Assembly: GCA_963745835.1 (NCBI GenBank)
Contig: CAVUZH010000004.1
Coordinates: 1 to 64,000, forward strand
DNA length: 64,000 nt
Reading direction: 5' to 3'
Source: an uncultured delta proteobacterium
Lineage (GTDB): Bacteria; Desulfobacterota; Binatia; UBA9968
Position 1 is the first letter of the stretch, and each line of letters begins with the position of its first letter. The notes under the pieces were generated by a model. The model did no database searches, was not told where the DNA came from, and saw only the letters and a program-made list of their open reading frames with translations. Positions 1 to 9,072 of this stretch are shown here, piece by piece. Made by a program: the position numbers and the translations under genes.

Positions 1-185
1 CGCTGTGGGTAGAATTTACGGCTCTCCTTGTTCATCCTCGGCAGTGCCTGAGACAGGATACGTGATTACAGCAAGCATTCATATACATTCCGACCAATAC
101 CTCATAAAAGCGCTTCATACTCATGAGGTATGGACATACGCATCCAGCATTGGAGGGGAGGTAGGGGATGCCCGCCGGCGTCGTA

Positions 186-3100
186 TTACGCCAATGCCTC
201 TAGCAGCGCTTTGGCCTCCTGAAGGTTAGCGGTGTCAAAGCCCTCGGTGAACCAGCCGTAGAGTGGTGCTAACAGGCGTAGGCCTCAGCGCACCTGCCCT
301 GGTGCCGCCATAGATGCGCCAGGCTCATCGTCGCGCGCAGTTCGAGGGACTTGGCCTGTTGGGAGGGCCACGTCAAGGGCTTGGTGGAAACAGGTTTCGG
401 CTTCCTCAGAGCGCCTGTCAGAGCACGCAAGCAACAGCGTGCCTTTAAGCCAGCAGGGCTCGGCGTGATGCACATACTCGTCATTGGCCTGCATCACCTC
501 AAACGCTTCGGCAACCGTGCCAAGGCATCTTCCAGTGCGCCGATCTGCGCCAATGACTCGGCCAAATGTGCCAGCCAAGAAGGCGAGGAAGCTATCGCCT
601 CCGGAATTCCGAAACGTCTCGATACCCTGACGCAATTGCTTGACGCCGTCAGGATCACGGTCCCGGACTGCACGGTGCCATCCCAGCATGATGGCGGCGA
701 CACCTGCCATCTGCGGCAGGCCAGCCTCGGTCGCAGGTTTTTCCAGGCCGACAGATTGCTTATGGAGAGCCGTCCACTCACGGCGAAAAGCCAGGTAGAG
801 CAGGGAATGAAGTTGTGCCATCCCCTGGGTAAAGGCGTTCGGGCCGTTGGTGGCTAATGGTCAACGCCTCGTGACTCTGTTGCTGCGCTTGATCGGGATA
901 GCCGAGCAGCCACAGCGCGATGGACATATGCGAGCGACATGTCACATCGAGAGCCGCGGCGGTGGTCGGGATACGCTCCCAGGCCGGACAAGGCCTAGGT
1001 TGAAGTGATTCATCGCCTGATGCAACTGCCCCAGATAGAGGTAGGGTGCACCAGCGTTAAAATGCCCTTCCGCCATCAGCGTCGGGTCATCGGTTTGCTG
1101 CACCACGCGCAGGCCTTCCGCACCGATCTCAACAGCTCTGTGGTGCTCAGCACGACTAGTATAGAACGCCCGGAGACCCCGCAGGGCGGCAAAGCGCAGT
1201 GAACGATCTTCGCCGTGACCACAGAGTTGCCGCAAGCGAGCGTAGGTTTCGCCAACCTGCAGCGCCCCAACGCCGCTTGTGGCCGCAAGTGGTCGACCTA
1301 AAGCCAGGTGAAACCGTATCTCCTGGTCGACACGCGCGGCTGTTTCCGGTAGAGTTCCAAGCACCGTTAAGCCCTGAGTCACATGGGCAATCGCTTCGGG
1401 ATAAGCCGAGCGATGATTCGCCAAGTTGCTGGCTTGCTGCCAGTAGATAACCGCTGGCTCGCCAAGCCCGGCCTCCGTGTAGTGATGCGCCACGAGCTCA
1501 GGCTGGGTCGCGACGGTCTCTGGAAACTGGGCCTCTAAGACCTCGGCAATCTTCTGATGCATTTGCTGACGACGACCCCGCAACATGGACTGATAGGCCG
1601 TATCCTGGATTAAGGCATGTTTGAAGCTGTAGGTATTTTCCGGCGCCTGGCCACGTTGGGAAATGAGTTCCGCATCGAGCAGTTGACCGAGCGCTTTGTG
1701 AAGAGCCGTATCAGACAGAGGGGAAACCGCCCGCAAGACCGTATACGAGAATTCTCGACCAATGGTGGCACAAAGTTGCACCACCTCCTTCCCCTCGGCC
1801 AGACGATCGAGGCGGGCCATGAGCGAATCCTGCAAGGTTGCGGGGATTGCAAACGGGGGCAACGGTCTTTTGAGCTGATAGCTGTCGCCGGCATCCCTCA
1901 GCCACTCTGACTCCAAAATATGCTTGGTCAGCTCTTCGACAAAGAGGGGAATGCCGTCCGTTTTGGCTACGATCTGCTCGAGAACGTCAGCCGGTAGCGC
2001 TTTCCCTCCTGTCACGTGATGCACCAGGCTGACGGTCTGTCGGCGACTGAGACGATTCAGCGTATAGGTCGTCATCTGTCTCTCATCACCCCAGGTGGGC
2101 TTAAATTCCGGTCGAGAGGTGAGCACCACGAGCACCCGGGCATCTCGGACCTGATCGATGACATGATGGAGCACTTCTAAGCTGGTGGGATCGCTCCAGT
2201 GCACATCTTCAAAGAGAAACAAGACCGGTTCCTGCCGGGACAAGTTGACGAGACCCTGGGCAAAGAGCTCGAGGGTGCGCTCTTTCTGACGCTGTGGCGT
2301 CTGCGCAAGGGGTGGATAGTGGTCATCGGTCGGTATCGAGAGCATCACGGCAAATAACGGCACGGCCTCGTCCAGCGGGAGGCCGGTTTGCGTGACCAAC
2401 GCCTCGAGCCGCTCCAGCTTCACGCTCGAGGCGGCGTCAGGGGGAAGCTGCATCGCACGGGTCACTTGGGTGGCGATCGGATAGAGCACACTGTTCGTGT
2501 GATACGGGGAGCATTGATAATGTAGACGCACGTGAGATGCATCAGCGAGACGGGCACAAAGCGCTTGCAACAGACGCGACTTGCCAATACCAGGAGGGCC
2601 GTTCAGTAATACCACCTGCCCTTCGCCCTCCAGCACCTGTTCCCAGCACCGCATCAAGAGATCAACCTCCACTTTGCGGCCGACCATCGGCGTCAGCATG
2701 GTGGTCGTTGCGTCAAAGCGGCTGGCGGCGGCACTGAGGCCGCGCACGCGGAAGATCACTAGTGGATCGTTGACTCCCTTCAGGGCTGGCGTGCCAAGTG
2801 CGTCATAGTCGAACGTGCCCGCCACCAGGCGACGGGTCACGTCACTCATGACCACCGTGTTGGGTGCTGCCAATCCTTCTAGTCGAGCCGCAATGTTCGG
2901 TGTTTCACCCAAGGCTAAGTTCTCGTGTCGGTCACCGCCGCCCATTTCCCCGACTACCACTGGGCCCGTATGGATACCGAGCCGCACGGCGAGCTGGACG
3001 CCATAGGCCGGTTCCAACGTCGTATTGAGGTTGTCCATGGCTTCAACAATGCTTAGGCCGGTATGCACCGCCCGGTGTGCATCATCTTCGTGAGCGCGGG

Positions 3101-3601
3101 GCCAGCCAAAGTAGACCAGGAGCCCATCGCCCAGATACTGGGCGATATGGCCCTCATAGTGCTGGATCACTCTGGCCGCTCGCTCTGGTACGCGCGCACG
3201 ACCTCGCGCAGGTCTTCAGGATCAAGTTGCCCGGCGAGACGAGTGGAGTTGACCAAGTCACAGAACATGACGGTGAGCTGACGGCGTTCGGCGTCAGTGG
3301 GCCATGGGGCAGTCGAGGAGGAGACGGCATCCCTGGAGGTGTAGTCCGCCTGCGTCGAAGACGGGTGCACGGGCTCAGGAGGGGTTGAGGATGGCAGTGG
3401 CATCGCCCCAGCGACGCCAGTCCACACCAGCATCGTGCCCTCCTGATCAACGGCACACTGCTGGATCTCAATGATTTCCACCTTCAGATCGTCGAGATAC
3501 GCGTCGTCGAGATCGAACTGGCGCTTGAGTGCCCGGTACGACACCCGGCCGCGCTGGCATAGCAGCGCAAGGACCTGATCCAGCACAGCATAAAAGTCCA
3601 T
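186..3601 (-). pseudogene. Class III adenylate/guanylate cyclase - AAA/STAND ATPase - TPR protein, split by several frameshifts
   Basis: Pieces in different frames: [10 protein letters not shown] (ATG 3601), [37 protein letters not shown] (cyclase), GPPGIGKS (Walker A), LFEDVHW (Walker B), QQAKSLELRATMSLAHLW, and [29 protein letters not shown] ending at TAA 188-186. Breaks near 3180, 960, 560, 370 and 275. Could be sequencing error rather than real decay. Confidence 0.85.
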
Positions 3602-3769
3602 GATCGACGCTCTCCGGGTCTGTCGGGCAGTGACCAGACTGCATCGGCGTGATGCGCCGCGAACCTTCCTGCCTCCTCTCAAGGAGGAGACAGCGTCTCC
3701 TCCCAACAGTGCACGCATATCCCAGCAGATGAAGGAGCATACTATAAGCCGTATTAGACAATATCATAA

Positions 3770-4060
3770 AGGATAGACCAAAGCGAGACAGGGCCGGCAC
3801 CGCCGCTGAACGCCTCCAGCGCGATCACGCCCAGGCGCAGCGTGCTTACCGAGGTCCTCGAACAGGCCCTCCACAACGTGGGCCTACCTGACAATCTCGT
3901 CAAGGAGATCGAAGGCCGTCTCAGACGTCAGCAGACCTTGCTGGGCAAAATCTTTGGCCTCATGTTTCCGTCGCTCTTTGGCTGCCGCACGCTTTATGAA
4001 CTGAGCCACGTGCAGGGCTGGGATAAAAATCTGCCCTCGCGTGTGCTCGGCGCGCTGTCC
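3770..4060 (+). mobile_element. Truncated N-terminal fragment of a putative transposase
   Basis: RLQRDHAQAQRA..EVLEQALHNVGLPDNLVKEIEGRLRRQQTLLGKIFGLMFPSLFGCRT..GWDKNLPSRVLGAL resembles, from memory, the N-terminus of a repeated Tectomicrobia-type transposase. Similarity seems to stop near 4057. No DDE domain present. Confidence 0.45.
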
Positions 4061-4074
4061 TCTCTTATCGCTTC

Positions 4075-4198
4075 TTACCGACTTTGAGTAATTCTCGGTA
4101 AAATAGCCTGCTCGAGGCAGGCGATTTCCGTTAGCATCCCCCGCGCTTGGACATGATCACCTCGCCCCATTTACCGAGATGACAAGTGATCTCGGTAA
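4075..4198. repeat. Two related palindromes with TTACCGA...TCGGTAA arms
   Basis: 4171-4198 TTACCGAGATGAC-AA-GTGATCTCGGTAA (12/13 arm match). 4075-4101 TTACCGA-N13-TCGGTAA. Confidence 0.7.
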
Positions 4199-4369
4199 CA
4201 CGTCCTGGCGTTGCTTTCTGGCTGACCAGACAATGGGCGCCCAAATAGCTCATGTCAAAAAATGGACCTAGCCATGGCGCGGGTTTCCGCCCCATCCTCC
4301 CATCCCAACATTGGACAACATGGTGCATGATCGTAAACACCTGGTTTCTACGATATCTGGTGTACTGTG

Positions 4370-5336
4370 TTATCCGTAAATGCCATATTCACCCAATCCG
4401 TTTTTGAGAATTATATCCCCCGCAGCTGCTAGTCGCTTATACATCTCCTCCGCCTCCTGCCTCGAATCCGGCGCCAGCGCAATCCGCTCAAAGATAGACT
4501 CCAAGTCCTCTCCCCGTTTATACGCCCGCACCACATGCGTATGCCGCAACGTCTTCGGCGTCAATTCCTTCTCAATACCGGTTTCCCGTTTTAACTCCTC
4601 AAAAATCATCCGCAGAAACCGATCCGTAAAGGGAAATAATTTGTCTGTCAACCGGATATTTTTCAAGGTATTGGGTATACACGGCCGTAAATCTCGCCGG
4701 CAACGCAACTTTGCGATCCTTTGTCGTTTGTTTCCCGGTGTGTTTGATCCACAGTTCCGGATTATAGGGGTCTGAGATATCGACATGGGCTTTGGTGAGG
4801 AGGAATAACTCATTGCTTTTGATACCGGTATCCAGAAACAATAAAACCAACAGGTACAGCCGCGGGTCTGTACTCGCCGCTTTTGTCAGTATTTCAATTT
4901 CATTCTCATAGAGGTAATCCGGCAACGGCGACTGGATGCGGGCGTTGTTGAGAGATAGCGTAGGATCGCGCGTAATCGCCCCTAAGCCCCGTAACCAGAG
5001 AAAATAGGTAATGATCGCACTCACCTTCCGATTGACCGTCTTGCGCTCAATCCCCTTCCCGGCCGGCGATACCAGCGATCCGATCCACTGCTGTAAATCA
5101 TGCGAGGAGATGTCCTGTAATTTCTTGTTCTTCAGATAGATCGAAAGCTCCCGCACATCCCCAAAATACATTTTGGCAGTCTTCGGCGCGTATTTCTCAG
5201 CCACAAATGCCTGAAACGCCACCAACGTCTGCATGACACTACTCTCCCCTGTCGGCGTCACCGGCTTTAATATTTGTGCGGGTGGTTTCTTCTGGAATGT
5301 TCTTCGAAGGAATAATGGCAGTTGATCAATTTTCAT
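4370..5336 (-). CDS. XerC/XerD-like tyrosine recombinase with atypical catalytic residues (frameshift near 4650)
   Basis: SAM-like N-terminus (YAPKTAKMYFGDVREL, TVNRKVSAIITYFLWL), LPDYL, LLFLDTGIKSNEL; after the frameshift LFPFTDR, LTPKTLRHTHVV and EEMY. Likely start MKIDQLPLF at 5336. Confidence 0.8.
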
Positions 5337-5537
5337 ACATTTTAGCTTCAATTTTGACGGCCGGAATTGCCGTTCGAACTCCATTATATCACTTCCGAGA
5401 ATCAAGTACGATTCTCCCCCACCCCATTCCCTTTTTTACTGTTTAAGGACGCGCGCGGAGAATGCCTTGATTCTCGGAAGGAGAGAAGTTTATCATTATT
5501 GTTTATGAAAATAGTGTCTTCGAAGATGGAAGTATAA

Positions 5538-5619
5538 CAGCCTCATTTTCATGCCGCTTTTTCGATTCTCTTTTTTCAATTGCAAGACGCGGCGAGGGGC
5601 GGGTGGATTCTGCGAAGTA
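5538..5619 (+). repeat. Copy 1 of a diverged ~85-bp non-coding direct repeat
   Basis: Shares blocks CAGCCTCA(A)TTTTC, GCCGCTTTTTCGATTC, TTTTTTCA and TCTGCGAAGTA, in the same order, with 6424-6508. Confidence 0.8.
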
Positions 5620-5859
5620 CACCTGGTTGTCTCATTTACTCACCAATTTTTCGAAATTGAGAATTTAGTGAGTTTATGAGATGAAGAAAATACTCATTGG
5701 GGGTATCCACGTAAGGCGGGACACTCTGTAACATAAGGGCTTCAGGCTTTTGAAGCCGGAGCCGCCGGGGACGGGCTTTCCGGCACTTTAAGTCACGATG
5801 GCCGTCTTCCAACTGTCCCGCGTTAAACGGATACCCTTTACTGGTGAAAGGAACCTCCG

Positions 5860-6366
5860 ATGTGGCAGTGTCTTCCCGTACTCGATCCTCAGGCGCGCCC
5901 ATGCCTTATGCCCAGCTGGCGTTGGCTCGTCGTGGGGGGCTATGCCGCGGGCCTCTTCGCCCTCTCCTCGGCGCCTGGGAGCAGCCGCCTCTTGGCGGCC
6001 GAGAACCGCCTCGTCCGGCGGCAGCGCCGGACCCTGCCCCGCTGGCTGCCCAGTGACAAGGTTTTCCATGCGCTTGTCTTCGGGCTGGGAACAGTGTTGC
6101 TGTGCCGGGCACTCCACTCCCGGACGCCAGCACGTTCCCCACGGCAGATCGCCCTCAGCAGCGTCCTGGCCGCGCTCGGCTACGGCATCACCGATGAGCT
6201 CCACCAGGCCCGCGTGCCCCAGCGGACTGCAGAGGTTGCCGATGTCGTAGCCGATGGGCTGGGCGCCGCGCTGGCCGCATGGGGATGGCTGCATGGTGCA
6301 AACAGAGTCAAAACTTTCTTTACCTCAGCGCGGCCTGCCAAAATTAATGCTCCCAATTTCCGATAA
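5860..6366 (+). CDS. VanZ-family membrane protein
   Basis: SDKVFHALVFG and YGITDELHQARVPQRTAEVADVVADGLG are VanZ-family motifs. AAAGGA RBS upstream. Very GC-rich (45/60 GC in 5941-6000). Confidence 0.85.
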   Translation: MWQCLPVLDPQARPCLMPSWRWLVVGGYAAGLFALSSAPGSSRLLAAENRLVRRQRRTLPRWLPSDKVFHALVFGLGTVLLCRALHSRTPARSPRQIALSSVLAALGYGITDELHQARVPQRTAEVADVVADGLGAALAAWGWLHGANRVKTFFTSARPAKINAPNFR

Positions 6367-6384
6367 CCCGACGTTATCGGAAAT
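6356..6384. other. dif-like palindromic site (candidate tyrosine-recombinase site)
   Basis: ATTTCCGATAA-CCCGACG-TTATCGGAAAT: perfect 11-bp inverted arms with the ATAA/TTAT inner ends typical of Xer sites. Confidence 0.55.
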
Positions 6385-6423
6385 AGAAGGGCATGTAGAA
6401 TTCATAATTCCCCTCCCCCGTTT

Positions 6424-6508
6424 CAGCCTCAATTTTCCGGCCGCTTTTTCGATTCCTTTTTTTCAGTGGGAAGGGGCGGGGAGAGTACGGGACTGACTCT
6501 GCGAAGTA
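6424..6508 (+). repeat. Copy 2 of the diverged ~85-bp repeat
   Basis: Same conserved blocks as 5538-5619. Confidence 0.8.
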
Positions 6509-6954
6509 TGATCATTTGGGGATTTTTGCGTAGTATCTCGACTGATTTTCCGTTATTGGCCGATGACGAGCCTAGGAAAATAGCCATGTTGCTATCAGAC
6601 GACTGGCTATATGCGGGGGCATTCGGAGCAGATGCAAGGTGAAGTGGGGATTATCTTACCCTGGAGGTGTAAAACGAGAAAAAGAGCTGGAGGGGGAAGC
6701 CGCGTTTGTGGGCTGAGGATCGCTTCTTGGCATTTGTGGCGGGTTTATTGCTTCGTGTCGGTTTTGCTTTTTTCATCATAATTCTATTAAAGCAAATCCG
6801 ATTTGTGGGCTGTAAAGAGAGGCCGATTATTTCAGACTGGATCGAAATATATCGCAATATGATGATCGATTTTCTTCTCATTGAAATCTCATCAATTATT
6901 CATAATTACAATAAGTAAAAAAGTAATTATAGTATAGTTTCACTTTTGAGGTTA

Positions 6955-6985
6955 GACTTGACATTTTCAAGTCAACTCTTATACT
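6955..6985 (+). promoter_or_regulatory. Sigma70-type promoter overlapped by an operator-like palindrome
   Basis: TTGACA (6958-6963)-N16-TATACT (6980-6985). GACTTGA-N5-TCAAGTC covers the -35 box. Lies 25 nt upstream of ATG 7011. Confidence 0.6.
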
Positions 6986-7010
6986 AGTACTTAGAGAGTT
7001 ACGTTAAAGT

Positions 7011-7217
7011 ATGGAGGATACTATTGATTACAAACCATTTTTCGGATTACTAGAAGAACCTTTTAATACGGTCGCCTCTCCCCGCTTCTTTTTCCTCTCT
7101 CCTATTCACGCCATCGCTTTGAATAAATCCGTCTTCACGGTTGATAACCGCAAAGGCGTCTCGGTCGTGTGGGGCGATATCGGCACTGGCAAATCAACCC
7201 TTGCACGTATCATGCAC
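7011..7217 (+). pseudogene. N-terminal fragment of an ExeA/GspA-like AAA ATPase
   Basis: YKPFFGLLEEPFN..PRFFFLSPIH and Walker A GDIGTGKST. The sequence switches to a hydrolase gene right after ARIMH. Confidence 0.75.
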
Positions 7218-9007
7218 GATTACCGACATCGACCTGGCGCCGCGTAACTCTAGCGGCATGGTCGAATATTCGGCCGATGTGCACATTATTAAACCTATCG
7301 ACATGTCCAAGGGAAATCAAAGAATTTTCTACGATGTCGTAAACCGCGGCAACAAAGGGCACGGCGCCTTTAATGAAGTGGGCGGCAACAATCCGACGAC
7401 TGCGGCAGATGCAGGCACCGGTCTGCTTATGCGCCGCGGCTATACCCTGGTCTTTTCCGGTTGGGAAGATGAAGGGCTCGTGCCTCCAGGGAATAATCGC
7501 GCCCTTGCCAGGCTGCCGATCGCCCGAAATCCCGATGGCAGCTCGGTTGTAGAGCATACGATCACCGAGGTCATCTTCGACAATGCCAACGGAACCGATT
7601 TCGAATTGACTTATCGCGCGGCTAATCTTGACCAGAGTCAGGCCAAGATGCTCGTGCACAACCACACACATTTTATCGGAGGTCCCCTCGTTGACCGGGT
7701 CGAGGTACCGGCAAGCGTATGGTCCTACGTGGACGATACAACCGTCCGGATCAATCGCGCAGATCCGTTTTTGGCTCGGTACGATCAGGGGGCTGCCTAC
7801 GAATTTGTTTATCCGGCCAAGGACCCGCAGATCCTGGGGCTTGGGCTTGCAGCCACGCGCGATGTAGTTTCGTTTCTGCGTCACGATACTTCCGCGGAGA
7901 ATCCTCTACGTGGCGGGATTCAGTACGTCATCGCTCATGGATCGTCCCAGAGCGGCCGATACTTGAAGGGCTTCACCTACTGGGGCTTCAACGAGGACGA
8001 GGCCGGGCGCAAGGTCTTCGAAGGTATTCAACCTAAGATTTCCGGCGCGCACGCAATCGCCAGCAACGATAGGTTCGGCGATACAAACGCCACCGGCCGA
8101 AGTTATCAGAGACATTTGAGCGCTAAGCAGGAATTTCCCGTTTACATACGAAGTGCGGTTCGATCCCATCAGCGGCCTCACGGACGGCATTTTCGCACGC
8201 TGCCAAGTTACTGACACTTGTCCGAAGGTGATGCATACCGACAGCGCCAACGAGGCTTACCTCAAGCCCACCGCGCTCGTGACGACAGACAGCCTGGGTA
8301 ATGACATTCGGTTGCCGGACAATGTCCGCGTGTTCATGGTTGCAGGCACACAGCACGGCCCATCCGCCACCCCGCAAACCACCGCCACATGCCAGCAACT
8401 CAGCAATCCCAATCCGCACAATCCGACGGTTCGGGCGCTCTACATGGCGCTCGATGATTGGGCGACGAAGGGCATAAGGCCGCCTGGAAGTCGATATCCG
8501 AGAGTTAGCGATGGAACCCTCGTACCGTCTTTGCCGCAATCGGTTCAAGGCTTCCCGGCGATTCCAGGCGTGAACTACACGGGATGGTACAACCCGGTTG
8601 ATCTGTTGGATAAGAGCACACTTCCAAATATGCCGATTCCTGGAAAGAGCTATACCGTATTGGTGCCGAAGACAGATGTCGACGGCAACGATATCGCGGG
8701 CGTCCGGCACCCCAACATCGAAGTACCGATAGCAACGTACACCGGCTGGGCTCTTCGGCGTGCGCCCTTCGCTGAAGGAGAAGATTGCGCTCTGACAGGC
8801 CAGTACATACCTTTTGCGGCAACGAAAGCCGAGCGGCTCGCAGATGGCGACCCGAGACTCTCACTGGAAGAGCGCTATCGAAATCACGGTCACTATGTGA
8901 GTCAGGTCGCCCGCGCAGCAGATCGTCTCGTTCGCCAACGCCTACTTCTGGACGAAGATTCGGTGGACATCATCACAGCAGCCGCGGAAAGCGATGTCGG
9001 CAAGTGA
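7218..9007 (+). CDS. Alpha/beta-hydrolase-domain protein, 5'-truncated, frameshift near 8140; paralog of 11041-13110
   Basis: ITDIDLAPRN..VEYS, YDVVNRG, HGSSQSGRY nucleophile elbow, GFNEDE, AGTQHG, DVDGNDIAGVR, GDPRLSLEERY. Aligns by eye with the paralog from about its residue 78. Confidence 0.8.
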
Positions 9008-9072
9008 GCGCCGTAGAGCATTCGGGGTTTTGAGTCACTGTTGATTGAGTCGGCTAAGCAGAGGAATTTAAA

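Noticed and set aside
178-3660. 16/20-nt inverted match flanking the cyclase gene (178-197 vs 3641-3660)
   Set aside because: Short, GC-rich, overlaps the stop codon, and no target-site duplication; likely chance.
5860-6366. Glycopeptide resistance locus
   Set aside because: VanZ-family genes are widespread, and no vanHAX or vanRS is present.
4370-6400. Classical integron (intI plus attC)
   Set aside because: The recombinase lacks the IntI-specific insertion, and the 29-bp site is too short and lacks RYYYAAC/GTTRRRY boxes.
5538-6508. CRISPR array
   Set aside because: Only two long, diverged copies about 800 bp apart, and no cas genes.
6651-6918. ORFs 6651-6881 (-) and 6706-6918 (+)
   Set aside because: No recognisable motif or RBS in AT-rich DNA; cannot be supported.
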